Shown piece by piece: positions 1-9,199 of a stretch of DNA of 64,000 nucleotides. A program made the translations under genes and the position numbers. The stretch comes from Candidatus Gottesmanbacteria bacterium RIFCSPLOWO2_01_FULL_39_12b (GTDB lineage: Bacteria > Patescibacteriota > Microgenomatia > 2-02-FULL-39-11). The stretch's first letter is position 1, and every line of letters starts with the position of its first letter. Location of the stretch: contig MFJR01000007.1 of NCBI GenBank assembly GCA_001780955.1, positions 342,171-406,170 of the forward strand, read 5' to 3'. The notes beneath the pieces were generated by a model. The model saw nothing but the letters and a program-made list of their open reading frames with translations. It had not been told where the DNA came from and searched no databases.

Positions 1-1
1 G

Positions 2-304
2 GCTAGAGAGGCAAGAAAAAGTGTTAAACACGTAGGTATTAAAGAAATCAGATTATCTCCTTTTATAGGGGAACATGATTTTAAAACTAGGGTTTTGAAG
101 GGAGAATCATTTTTAAAATCAGGTAACCAGTTAAAAATATCAGTTCCTTTTAGAGGGCGGGAAATCGCTCATAAAGAATTTGGTATGAATATTATCAGGA
201 AAGCGATTAATTCATATCTATCGGTTGCTAAAGTTATCAGAGAACCATATTTTGAAGGTAAAGTTTTAATAAGTCTGCTAGGACCAGTTAAACAATCTCT
301 TTAA
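2..304 (+). CDS. infC: translation initiation factor IF-3, C-terminal portion (5' end outside window)
   Basis: The frame is open from the window edge. The translation AREARKSVKHVGIKEIRLSPFIGEHDFKTRVLKGESFLKSGNQLKISVPFRGREIAHKEFG shows the IF-3 C-terminal domain pattern. It is followed by rpmI-rplT as in the conserved infC-rpmI-rplT operon. Track ORF 95..304 is only the part after an internal Met. Confidence 0.85.
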   Translation, partial: AREARKSVKHVGIKEIRLSPFIGEHDFKTRVLKGESFLKSGNQLKISVPFRGREIAHKEFGMNIIRKAINSYLSVAKVIREPYFEGKVLISLLGPVKQSL

Positions 305-311
305 GATTAAA

Positions 312-503
312 ATGAATAAACTAAAAACCAGTAAAACCCTTAAGAAAAGATTTAAAATATCCAGTGGGGGTAAAATTCAGCGTAAACATCAAAACTCGGG
401 TCATAGAAAATCTCATAAATCTAAAGCGAGAATTAGAGCTTATAAAGTTAAAAAATTCCTAAATACAAGTCAGGCAAAATTTATAAAAAGGATGATTTCC
501 TAA
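312..503 (+). CDS. rpmI: 50S ribosomal protein L35
   Basis: A 63-aa, very basic protein (KTSKTLKKRFKISSGGKIQRKH..GH.KSHKS) sitting between infC and rplT. Confidence 0.9.
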   Translation: MNKLKTSKTLKKRFKISSGGKIQRKHQNSGHRKSHKSKARIRAYKVKKFLNTSQAKFIKRMIS

Positions 504-532
504 ACAGAATTTAGTATTAAAAATATAAATTT

Positions 533-880
533 ATGAGAATTAAAAGAGGAGTTACAGTTAAAAGAAGACACAAAAAGCTGCTTCAGTCGGTAAAAGGGTA
601 CCGGATGAGTAAACACCGTTTGGTTAAAGTGGCTAAAGAAGCACAACTCCATGCAGGTCAGTATGCCTTTGCCGGAAGAAAAGATAAAAAATCTGTCAAT
701 AGAAGATTATGGATATTAAGAATATCAGAACACTTAAAAATTTTTGGTATATCTTATAGTCATTTTATGGCAAAATTAAGGATACTTAAGATTTCCCTTA
801 ATCGAAAAATTTTGGCGGATCTGCTACAAAATGACAGTGAGGCATTTAAAGCGATAATTGACAGAGTTAATGCCATTTGA
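533..880 (+). CDS. rplT: 50S ribosomal protein L20
   Basis: MRIKRGVTVKRRHKKLL..VKGYR...AFAGRKDKK is a typical L20 N-terminus. Operon position supports the call. Confidence 0.95.
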   Translation: MRIKRGVTVKRRHKKLLQSVKGYRMSKHRLVKVAKEAQLHAGQYAFAGRKDKKSVNRRLWILRISEHLKIFGISYSHFMAKLRILKISLNRKILADLLQNDSEAFKAIIDRVNAI

Positions 881-1004
881 TATACTTTCAAAATTGATAT
901 GAAAGAGCCCAAACAAACCTGGTTTTTTTATTTTTATTTTAAATCCCCTTTAAGCGGGACGGGTTTGTCTGGAAAAAACTAAACCATAATTTATAAACAA
1001 GCCA

Positions 1005-1030
1005 AGCCCCGCAAAAGCGGGGTTTTTTTA
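1005..1030 (+). terminator. rho-independent terminator after rplT
   Basis: Stem CCCCGC (1007-1012), loop AAAA, stem GCGGGG (1017-1022), followed by a 7-T run. Confidence 0.6.
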
Positions 1031-1112
1031 TGTATCTCTCACCGAACGAAGTGAGGCTTAGAGAAACATAATCCGTCGAAGCTTTAGCGCAGACGGATAG
1101 GAAAGGAAACAT

Positions 1113-2123
1113 ATGATTATCTTTCTAAAACAAGGCATCAGCTTTCAAGATGAAAAGAAATTTCGTTCCTTTTTGGTTGAAAGGAAGGTTGAGGTTATTT
1201 CTGTAGAAAGAAAGAAACAGAAGTTATTGGTGGTTATAGGCCGCTTTGGAGAATTGACCAAACGGGAAATTAATTCTTCTCCATATGTTGAATCAATTCT
1301 TGAGGTAGACAGACCGTACAAACTAGCCAGCAAAAGCGCCAAACAGGGGCCAACGCTTATAAAAATTAACGGACTAACAATCGGAAACAAGGAGATTATT
1401 TATATGGCCGGTCCCTGTAGTGTGGAGTCAAAATCACAAATCAGGGTAACGGCAAAGAAGATAAAAGAAAGTGGATGCCAAATATTGCGCGGCGGTGCCT
1501 TTAAACCAAGAACCGCGCCTTATGATTTTCAGGGCTTGGGTAAAATCGGCCTTCATTTTCTTCGTGAGGCCGCCCGTGAATTTTCATTAAAAGTTATTAC
1601 CGAAGTTATGGACGTACGCGACGTAGAACTGGTCGAAAAATATACCGATATCTTTCAGGTCGGAACACGGAATATGCAGAATTATCCCCTCCTTCGTGAA
1701 CTTGGTAAAGCCAGAAAAACAGTACTTTTAAAACGTGGCATGTGGGCCACATACAAAGAACTTCTGCTTGCTTCGGAATATATTTTAGTGGGCGGAAATG
1801 AAAATGTTATTCTCTGTGAGAGAGGTATCAGAACGCACGTACCTGAAACCAGATTTACTCTGGATCTGAACGCAGTGCCTTATCTTAAACATGAAACGCA
1901 CCTGCCTGTTATTGTCGATCCAAGTCACGGTACCGGAAGAGCAAATTTAGTACGAGCGATGAGCCGGGCCGCCATTGCTGCCGGTTGTGACGGATTATTG
2001 ATAGAAGCTCACTTAGATCCAAGAAAATCACTATCTGACGCTGATCAGGCTATCTCAACAGAAGAGTTAACAAAACTGGTTAAAGAATGCAAACTAATCG
2101 CAAAAGCGGTAGGGAGGCAATAA
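1113..2123 (+). CDS. aroF: 3-deoxy-7-phosphoheptulonate (DAHP) synthase, type I-beta, with N-terminal regulatory extension
   Basis: YMAGPCSVES, ILRGGAFKPRTAPYDFQGLG and VDPSHG motifs of KDO8PS-like DAHP synthases. There is a ~75-aa N-terminal extension before the barrel. An SD-like GGAAAGGAAA lies upstream. Confidence 0.9.
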   Translation: MIIFLKQGISFQDEKKFRSFLVERKVEVISVERKKQKLLVVIGRFGELTKREINSSPYVESILEVDRPYKLASKSAKQGPTLIKINGLTIGNKEIIYMAGPCSVESKSQIRVTAKKIKESGCQILRGGAFKPRTAPYDFQGLGKIGLHFLREAAREFSLKVITEVMDVRDVELVEKYTDIFQVGTRNMQNYPLLRELGKARKTVLLKRGMWATYKELLLASEYILVGGNENVILCERGIRTHVPETRFTLDLNAVPYLKHETHLPVIVDPSHGTGRANLVRAMSRAAIAAGCDGLLIEAHLDPRKSLSDADQAISTEELTKLVKECKLIAKAVGRQ

Positions 2124-2124
2124 T

Positions 2125-2946
2125 ATGCAAAAAGTCGCTTACTTAGGGTTACCCGGTTCCTACAGCCATATTGCCGGAAAAAATTATTTTAGTGGTAAAG
2201 CAGAATTTATAAGTTGTGAAACCTTTGAGGATATTTTCAATGCGATCGACAAAGGAGAAGCAACTTTAGGAGTGCTGCCTCTGGAAAATTCTCTTTCCGG
2301 AAGCATTTATCAGTCCTATGACTTGCTTATGGACAAATCGCTCAAAATTATCGGTGAGGTTGTGTTAAAAATCAGACATTGTCTATATGCGAAAGGGAGC
2401 GGAAAAATAAAACGCTGTTTTTCCCACCCGGAGGTTTTCAAACAGTGCAGAAATTATTTCAAAAAGAACCCTCATATAGAGCAAATTTTTGTGGGGGACA
2501 CGTCAAGGGCAGCGCTAATGTTATCAAAGTCAGGCACAAATAACGATTCTGCCATCGGCGCAATTTCTTTAGGTGACCTCTACGGCGTTAAGCTTATCGA
2601 ACGTGATATACAGGACAACCCGAATAATTACACAAGATTCGTTATAGTCGGAAAAAAGATGAATAAAACAGGCACTAAAGTATCACTGGTTTTCTCAATT
2701 GAGCATAAACCCGGAAGTCTGTTCAAAACTTTGGAGCCGTACTCAAGGCTGGGTCTGAATCTTATGAAGATTGAATCGCGTCCGCTTTTCGGAAAACCGT
2801 GGGAGTATATATTTTGCGTAGATTTCGTTCTAAACGGACAAAAGGACAATCTTGATACAATGCTTTCGGAAATGAAGGAACACGTTAACTTCATAACTGT
2901 TTTGGGCCTGTATGAGAAAGGAAGAATTTATGATGACTCTGGATAA
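2125..2946 (+). CDS. pheA: prephenate dehydratase
   Basis: LGLPGSYSH N-terminus, TRFVIVG, and a C-terminal ACT-like region with ESRP. Confidence 0.9.
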   Translation: MQKVAYLGLPGSYSHIAGKNYFSGKAEFISCETFEDIFNAIDKGEATLGVLPLENSLSGSIYQSYDLLMDKSLKIIGEVVLKIRHCLYAKGSGKIKRCFSHPEVFKQCRNYFKKNPHIEQIFVGDTSRAALMLSKSGTNNDSAIGAISLGDLYGVKLIERDIQDNPNNYTRFVIVGKKMNKTGTKVSLVFSIEHKPGSLFKTLEPYSRLGLNLMKIESRPLFGKPWEYIFCVDFVLNGQKDNLDTMLSEMKEHVNFITVLGLYEKGRIYDDSG

Positions 2947-3199
2947 TTTAAGATCAAAAATAGACCAGATTGATAGTAAACTATTGGAATTGATATCCCA
3001 GCGTCTCAAGCTGGTGAAAGAGATAGGTATTCTGAAAAAACAAAGCGATAAGAAAATTCAGAATAGAAATCGTGAGAAAGAAATCTTAAATATAGTTTTG
3101 TTAAACGCGGCACATTTAGATTTAGACGGTAAAATGATCGCAAAAATTTGGAAAATAATAATTGAGCAGTCAAAACTTATACAAAATAAATATCTATGA
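2912..3199 (+). CDS. chorismate mutase (AroQ class)
   Basis: LRSKIDQIDSKLLELISQRLKLVKEIGILKK is a helical AroQ-type pattern. The true start is probably the ATG at 2930/2933 (AAGGAAG upstream), which shortens the overlap with pheA. Confidence 0.8.
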   Translation: MRKEEFMMTLDNLRSKIDQIDSKLLELISQRLKLVKEIGILKKQSDKKIQNRNREKEILNIVLLNAAHLDLDGKMIAKIWKIIIEQSKLIQNKYL

Positions 3200-3993
3200 A
3201 TAAATTACCTAAGAGAATCGTAGTTGTAGGTTTAGGCCTCATCGGAGGTTCTATCGTCATGGGATTGAAAAAAAGGCTAAATGGTGATGTTGAAATAATC
3301 GGTGTTACAAAAAACGAGGAAATTCCGTTAAACTCTGATTTGATTATCATAGCGACTCCTATTACTGAAATAATTAAGGTTTTAAATAAACTGGATAAAA
3401 TTCTGGTTAAAAAAACTCTGGTAATTGATGTAGGAAGTACTAAGAAATTGATTTGCGACCATGCCGCCAATCTAAAAAATAAGAATTTAATTTTTGTAGG
3501 AACTCATCCAATGGGCGGCCGCGAGCAATCCGGATTGTCAAATGCCGATCCCAATTTGTTCGTTAACAAAACTTGGGTAGTCTCTCGAAAATCTCTCCTT
3601 ATAAACCGGCTTATAGAGCTGCTTGGCGGAAAACCCGTTATCATAAGTCCAGACAAACACGATAAATTAGTTGCCTTTGCCAGCCATCTTTCTTTAATTA
3701 CAAGCAGTTTACTTCTAACTTGTGTCAACCGGCAAAAAGACCGGAAAACTATTCTACAGATCGCCTCAACAGGTTTTCGTGATACGACGCGTCTTGCCAG
3801 CTTTTCACCGAAAATTAAAGCAGAAATAGTATCAACAAACAAAAACAACTTGCTAAACGTTCTTTCTGATTTGAAAAATGAAATGCAAATTATAAAATCG
3901 CGAATTGAAAAAGAGGAGTGGAGGTTAATTGAAAAATACTTTGAAGAGGGTAAACAAACCCGTGATAACTGGTTAGCTCATTATTTCTCTTGA
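3196..3993 (+). CDS. tyrA: prephenate dehydrogenase
   Basis: VVVGLGLIGGS Rossmann motif and a GTHPMGG motif. Its ATGA overlaps the previous gene. Confidence 0.85.
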   Translation: MNKLPKRIVVVGLGLIGGSIVMGLKKRLNGDVEIIGVTKNEEIPLNSDLIIIATPITEIIKVLNKLDKILVKKTLVIDVGSTKKLICDHAANLKNKNLIFVGTHPMGGREQSGLSNADPNLFVNKTWVVSRKSLLINRLIELLGGKPVIISPDKHDKLVAFASHLSLITSSLLLTCVNRQKDRKTILQIASTGFRDTTRLASFSPKIKAEIVSTNKNNLLNVLSDLKNEMQIIKSRIEKEEWRLIEKYFEEGKQTRDNWLAHYFS

Positions 3994-5111
3994 TTATGAA
4001 AATTATTAAACGATTATCGAGTACTATTGACATACCGAAACAGAAGACCATCCACCTTGTGGGATATGGTTTATTGGATAATCTTGCCCGGTTAGACTGT
4101 TTTAGAGCGCCAGATGTTAAGAATTTCCTTCTTTTGACTGACATCAACGTCTATAAGATATACGGTAAAAGAGTTATTAGTTCTCTTAACAAGCTGGGTA
4201 AAGAAGTAATCGTAGCTCGTGTTGCCGCCGGAGAACAATCAAAATCATTCGATACCGCAATAAGCGTGTGCGGAACTTTTTTGGAAAATAGAGTGAGTAG
4301 AAAGTCCGTTCTTATTACACTCGGTGGCGGAGTAATCACTGACCTCGGAGGATTTATTGGGTCTATTATTCTTCGAGGTATACCTGTTATCCATTTGCCT
4401 TCAACACTTCTTGCCCAGATAGACGCAGGGTTAGGCGGCAAAAACGGAATTGATTTATGGGTGAAAGATAAAATGCTAAAAAATATGGTTGGAAAAATCG
4501 AACAGGCACATGCTGTTGTTTCTGACGTAGGACTTCTTTCATCTCTGCCAAAAAGGGAAATCACAAACGGCCTTGGTGAAATGGTTAAGTATTGGGTCGG
4601 TTGGGGAAAACCATCTATCGGGCAGTTGCTAGCGATGAAGACACCCAAGAGGTGGCGGAACGACTCCTCTCAGGTGGAGGAGTTAGCAAAGACTATTATT
4701 TGTTGTCAACAAATCAAGATCGATATTGTTAAACAGGACCCGTTTGAAACTAAGGGTCTACGTGAGAAACTAAATTTAGGTCACACCATCGGCCATGCCA
4801 TAGAAGGAGAAACATTCGGCAAATTATCTCACGGAGAATGTGTGGCTTTGGGTCTAATAGGAGCTGTTAAAATTAGTACGCGTCTGAAACTTATGAAGCA
4901 AAAAACAGCTATTCAAATAATTGAGACGATAAAAAACCTTGGCCTTCCTACTTTTATAAAAGGACCAAATATAGAGAAAGTAACGAAACTGTTAAGCTAT
5001 GATAAAAAGAGAGGAACTTTTGTCTTAATAAAAGAGATCGGTGATCTTATCACAGGAGTTAAAGTCGAAGCCAAACTTGTAAAAATAGCGCTATTGGAGG
5101 TAATTTTATGA
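3990..5111 (+). CDS. aroB: 3-dehydroquinate synthase
   Basis: GGGVITDLGGF, HLPSTLLAQIDAGLGGK and NLGHTIGHAIE motifs. Confidence 0.9.
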   Translation: MIMKIIKRLSSTIDIPKQKTIHLVGYGLLDNLARLDCFRAPDVKNFLLLTDINVYKIYGKRVISSLNKLGKEVIVARVAAGEQSKSFDTAISVCGTFLENRVSRKSVLITLGGGVITDLGGFIGSIILRGIPVIHLPSTLLAQIDAGLGGKNGIDLWVKDKMLKNMVGKIEQAHAVVSDVGLLSSLPKREITNGLGEMVKYWVGWGKPSIGQLLAMKTPKRWRNDSSQVEELAKTIICCQQIKIDIVKQDPFETKGLREKLNLGHTIGHAIEGETFGKLSHGECVALGLIGAVKISTRLKLMKQKTAIQIIETIKNLGLPTFIKGPNIEKVTKLLSYDKKRGTFVLIKEIGDLITGVKVEAKLVKIALLEVIL

Positions 5112-5551
5112 AAAAAATATTAGTCATCAACGGTCCGAATCTAAATATGCTGGGTAAACGTAATCACGAACACTACGGAAAAACAACTTTAGATCAAGTA
5201 GGATCAAAGCTTCGCGCTATTGCACGAAAAATGGATTGTAGTCTTCTATTTTTCCAATCCAATCATGAAGGCAGTCTGATCGATTTTATCCAAGGTAATT
5301 CAAAAGAGGCAGACGCTATTCTGATTAATCCCGGAGCCTTGACTCATTATGGTTATTCTTTACGGGATGCTTTAGAGGATGCGAATCTGCCAGTCGTTAC
5401 AGTCCATCTCTCTGATATTAAAAACAGGGAACCATTTCGTAAAATCGATGCGTTTGAAGAGGTATCTATCGAAAATATTTATGGTTTGAGAGAGAAAAGC
5501 TATACTAAAGGATTAGACATATTGATTAAATATATCAATAAACTAGCCTAA
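5108..5551 (+). CDS. aroQ: type II 3-dehydroquinate dehydratase
   Basis: ILVINGPNLNMLGKR, INPGALTHY and VHLSDI motifs; 147 aa. Confidence 0.95.
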   Translation: MKKILVINGPNLNMLGKRNHEHYGKTTLDQVGSKLRAIARKMDCSLLFFQSNHEGSLIDFIQGNSKEADAILINPGALTHYGYSLRDALEDANLPVVTVHLSDIKNREPFRKIDAFEEVSIENIYGLREKSYTKGLDILIKYINKLA

Positions 5552-5561
5552 TCCATTATAT

Positions 5562-5599
5562 ATATACTATTATTTCGCGGCCGCGCAATAATAATATAT
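5562..5599. promoter_or_regulatory. 38-nt imperfect palindrome (17/19 pairs, GC core CGCGGCCGCG) ending 4 nt before the aroA ATG
   Basis: ATATACTATTATTTCGCGG|CCGCGCAATAATAATATAT, paired position by position by eye. No SD is visible between it and ATG 5604. Confidence 0.4.
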
Positions 5600-5603
5600 T
5601 ATT

Positions 5604-6875
5604 ATGAATATCTTAATTAAGTATGGAAAGATTCACGGAACCGTCTCAGTTCCTTCCTCCAAAAGCATTACCCACCGTGCGATAATGATCGCCTCTATAG
5701 CTTATGGAAAATCTGTGATAAAAAACCGGCTCAAAAGCGTTGATACAGACTTTACGGTAAAAGCTTGCAAGGAATTGGGAGTTGGAATTGACGAGCAGGG
5801 TAATCAGTTAATAATTAATGGCGTCAACGGCAAATTTATACTTAATGGTAAGACTAAAAATCTATACGTTGGAGAGTCCGGAACAACATTACGGTTTCTT
5901 ACGGCCATATCTATTTTGACAGACGGAACTGTAATTATAGATGGAGAAAAGAAATTACGTGAAAGGCCGATTGGGGGTTTGATTCATGTCCTTCTTGAAC
6001 AAGGTATATTAGTAAAGTCAATTATGAACAATGATTGCCCGCCTGTAGCGGTTAAAGGAGGATTCATCACCGGAGGTAAAATATCGGTCTCATCGGATAA
6101 AAGCTCGCAGTTTGCCAGCGCCTTACTTCTAATAGCTCCTTTTGCAAAGAACGACGTTGTTTTAGAACCGATCAACCTTAAATCCTCACCTTATTTAAGG
6201 CTTACCTGGTCGTTAATGAAGGACTTCGGAATTATGGGTGAATTTGACAACCAAGTTTATAAAATAAAAACAGGAACGGGTTATAAGGCACGCGAAATGA
6301 CGATCGAAGGTGATTGGACATCTGCCTCTTACTTTATGGTGGCTGCTGCCGTTACAGGGGGTAAAGTGAAGCTTTTGAACATGAATCCAGAAAGCATACA
6401 GGGGGACAGGAAGATTATCTCGATACTTTCAAAAATGGGGTGCGAAATAAAGATAAAATCGGATGGGCTTGAAGTTTCCGGCAGGAATCTTAAATCAATT
6501 GAAGAAGATTTAGGAGACAATCCGGATATAGTTCCCTCACTCTGTATCGCAGCCGCCTTTGCTTCCGGAAAATCAAAATTTACCAATATCGGTCACCTAA
6601 TTTACAAGGAGTCAAATCGGCTGGAATCCGTTTGTCTGGAACTGAATAAAATGGGTATCGATGCTTACTACGATAGCAGTCAGATCGTTATTTCAGGTGG
6701 AAAACCAAATGGATCCGTAATTGACCCGCATAACGATCACAGAATTGCCATGAGCTTTTCGGTGGCAGGACTTGCAGCGGAAGGTGAAACGACAATTAAT
6801 AACGCCGATGTAGTCAACAAGTCTTATCCTGATTTTTATAATGACCTAAAGATTTTAGGAGCAAAAATTATATGA
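5604..6875 (+). CDS. aroA: 3-phosphoshikimate 1-carboxyvinyltransferase (EPSP synthase)
   Basis: SKSITHR, LYVGESGTTLRFL and DHRIAMSF motifs; 423 aa. Confidence 0.95.
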   Translation: MNILIKYGKIHGTVSVPSSKSITHRAIMIASIAYGKSVIKNRLKSVDTDFTVKACKELGVGIDEQGNQLIINGVNGKFILNGKTKNLYVGESGTTLRFLTAISILTDGTVIIDGEKKLRERPIGGLIHVLLEQGILVKSIMNNDCPPVAVKGGFITGGKISVSSDKSSQFASALLLIAPFAKNDVVLEPINLKSSPYLRLTWSLMKDFGIMGEFDNQVYKIKTGTGYKAREMTIEGDWTSASYFMVAAAVTGGKVKLLNMNPESIQGDRKIISILSKMGCEIKIKSDGLEVSGRNLKSIEEDLGDNPDIVPSLCIAAAFASGKSKFTNIGHLIYKESNRLESVCLELNKMGIDAYYDSSQIVISGGKPNGSVIDPHNDHRIAMSFSVAGLAAEGETTINNADVVNKSYPDFYNDLKILGAKII

Positions 6876-8146
6876 GGATTGTTTTGATAGGCATGCGCGG
6901 GAGCGGTAAATCAACGATCGGAAAAATACTTGCGAGAAAACTTAATTGGAAATACATCGAAACAGACCGACTTATAGAAAAAAAAGAAAGTCAAAAAATT
7001 TCCCGTCTTGTTGAAAAATACGGGTGGGAACGTTTTAGAGAGTTGGAAACTGAGGTCATACAAAGTCTTGGAAATACTGAAAGGTCCGTTATAGCTTCTG
7101 GTGGTGGTGTCATTTTGAATGAAGAAAATATGAAGATTTTGAAAAACAACTCGATTACGATTTGGCTGCAAGCAAATATCCTGACACTTATTGAAAGATG
7201 CGGTATGGATAAAAATCGTCCTTTTTTGACAGACGGCAAAACTATCGAAGACGACTTGAAAACAACTTTGATACAAAGAGAAGTTTTATACAGAAGATAC
7301 GCAGATTTTTCCGTGGTAAATGAATATAAGACCGAAGAACAAGTAGCTTGTGAGATTCTTGAGCATAAAATCTGCTGTATTATTGGACATCCCGTGGCTC
7401 ATTCTTTATCTCCCATCATGCATAATACAGCCTATAAGGCCTTAGGACTTAATTATATTTTTTTACCGTTTGATGTTACTGATTTAAAGTCAGCTGTTAC
7501 AAGTATCAAAAATCTGGGAATAGTAGGATGTGCGGTTACGGTACCGCATAAAATAAAAGTTATGAAATATCTGGACAAAATTGACGAAACGGCAAAAAAA
7601 ATCGGAGCAGTCAATACGATTATCAATCTAAAAGGAACATTAACAGGTTTAAATACCGATTGGTCAGGTGCCTTAGACGCCTTGAAAGAAAAAACAGAGC
7701 TTGCAGGTAAAAACGTGGCTCTTATCGGAGCTGGAGGGGCAGCCCGGGCCATCGCCTACGGGTTGAAACAAGAAGCGGCTTACGTGACTGTTTTTAACAG
7801 GAATAAAGGTCACGGCAAAGAACTGGTAAAAGATTTGCATTTGGATTCTTATATTCCTTTAAAGGAGAGTACCAAATTAGACGGATTTGACATTGTAATA
7901 AATGCAATATCGGTCGGGTTGGAGAGCAGACAGTCACCGCTAACAAAAAAGTCGTTAAATCAAAAACAGGTTGTTTTCGACATCGTGTATTTCCCTAGAA
8001 TGACTCGCTTTCTTAAAGCAGCAAAAGAAGTCGGTTGTAGTATAATTACAGGCGACAGGATGTTACTACACTGCGTTAAACGGCAATTTGAGTTATTTAC
8101 AGGTAAAAGAATACCTGTTGAAATTTTAGAGGATGCGATATGCTAA
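6872..8146 (+). CDS. aroK/aroE: bifunctional shikimate kinase / shikimate 5-dehydrogenase fusion
   Basis: The N-terminal ~165 aa carry GMRGSGKSTIGK (P-loop) and ASGGGV, typical of AroK. The C-terminal ~255 aa carry IIGHPVAHSLSPIMHN, VTVPHK, NTDWSG and GAGGAARAI, typical of AroE. Confidence 0.9.
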   Translation: MRIVLIGMRGSGKSTIGKILARKLNWKYIETDRLIEKKESQKISRLVEKYGWERFRELETEVIQSLGNTERSVIASGGGVILNEENMKILKNNSITIWLQANILTLIERCGMDKNRPFLTDGKTIEDDLKTTLIQREVLYRRYADFSVVNEYKTEEQVACEILEHKICCIIGHPVAHSLSPIMHNTAYKALGLNYIFLPFDVTDLKSAVTSIKNLGIVGCAVTVPHKIKVMKYLDKIDETAKKIGAVNTIINLKGTLTGLNTDWSGALDALKEKTELAGKNVALIGAGGAARAIAYGLKQEAAYVTVFNRNKGHGKELVKDLHLDSYIPLKESTKLDGFDIVINAISVGLESRQSPLTKKSLNQKQVVFDIVYFPRMTRFLKAAKEVGCSIITGDRMLLHCVKRQFELFTGKRIPVEILEDAIC

Positions 8147-9192
8147 GGTATTTAACAGCCGGAGAATCACATGGCTCTCACGAAATAGCTATTTTAGAAG
8201 GAATACCCGCAAATCTTGATCTTAAAGAAAGTGATATCCAAAAGGATCTGGATCGAAGACGCGGAGGAATCGGTCGTGGGGGACGCGGCCATATAGAAAA
8301 AGATCAGGTAAAAATAATATCAGGTGTAAGATTAGGAAAAACAATTGGAAGTCCTATTGCTTTACTTATCGAAAATCTCGACTCTGTTAACTGGCAGTCG
8401 AAAGTAACGTCCAATAGCAATCCTCGTCCCGGTCACGTTGATCTTGCCGGGAGTCTGAAATATCATTTCTCTGATATCAGAAACGTTTTAGAAAGAGCAT
8501 CTGCCCGCGAAACGGTTATGCGTGTTGCGGTCGGTGCGATATGCCGTAAACTAATAAGTATCTTGGGAATGGAAATTACCAGCCGCATAATTCAAATAGG
8601 TAGCGCTCGTCACACCCCAAAACTTATGGATGAGGAGATTTTGAAGGCGATTAAAAATAAAGATTCATTAGGTGGTGTAATAGAAATAATTGCTCATAAT
8701 GTTCCGGTCGGACTCGGAAGTCACGTTCATTATGATAGAAAACTTGATGGGATTCTGGCGCAGCATCTTATGAGCATTCCGTCTGTCAAAGCTCTCGAAA
8801 TAGGTGACGGGTTTAAGAACGCCGGTAAATACGGATCTGACGTACAGGATGAAATTTTTTACGAAAGTCATCATTTTTTCCGTAAAACAAATAGGTTGGG
8901 AGGGATTGAAGGCGGGATATCAAACGGAGAGGATATAATCTGCCGTGTATACCACAAACCTCTCTCAACACTTGGACGACCTTTAAATACCGTAGATATA
9001 AAAACAAAAAAACAGTCAAAAGCGCTGATCGAACGCTCTGATGTCTGCGTTATTCCACGAGCAGGAGTAATCAGTGAGGCGACTGTAGCGTTTGTACTGG
9101 CACAAACAGCACTGGAAAAATTTGGAGGAGATACTACAACCGAGTTTATGAGAAACTATGAAGGATATATTAATACATTGACGACTATCTAA
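8140..9192 (+). CDS. aroC: chorismate synthase
   Basis: LRYLTAGESHG, RPGHVDL and ERASARETVMRVA motifs. Confidence 0.95.
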   Translation: MLRYLTAGESHGSHEIAILEGIPANLDLKESDIQKDLDRRRGGIGRGGRGHIEKDQVKIISGVRLGKTIGSPIALLIENLDSVNWQSKVTSNSNPRPGHVDLAGSLKYHFSDIRNVLERASARETVMRVAVGAICRKLISILGMEITSRIIQIGSARHTPKLMDEEILKAIKNKDSLGGVIEIIAHNVPVGLGSHVHYDRKLDGILAQHLMSIPSVKALEIGDGFKNAGKYGSDVQDEIFYESHHFFRKTNRLGGIEGGISNGEDIICRVYHKPLSTLGRPLNTVDIKTKKQSKALIERSDVCVIPRAGVISEATVAFVLAQTALEKFGGDTTTEFMRNYEGYINTLTTI

Positions 9193-9199
9193 GTAATTA

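Noticed and set aside
880-1000. A possible small RNA gene (SRP/6S/tmRNA-like) in the rplT-aroF spacer. The other long spacers (33489-33753, 36589-36874) raise the same question.
   Set aside because: I could not recognise conserved motifs of any known ncRNA family, and the spacers are too short for tmRNA or RNase P. They are left as possible regulatory leaders only.
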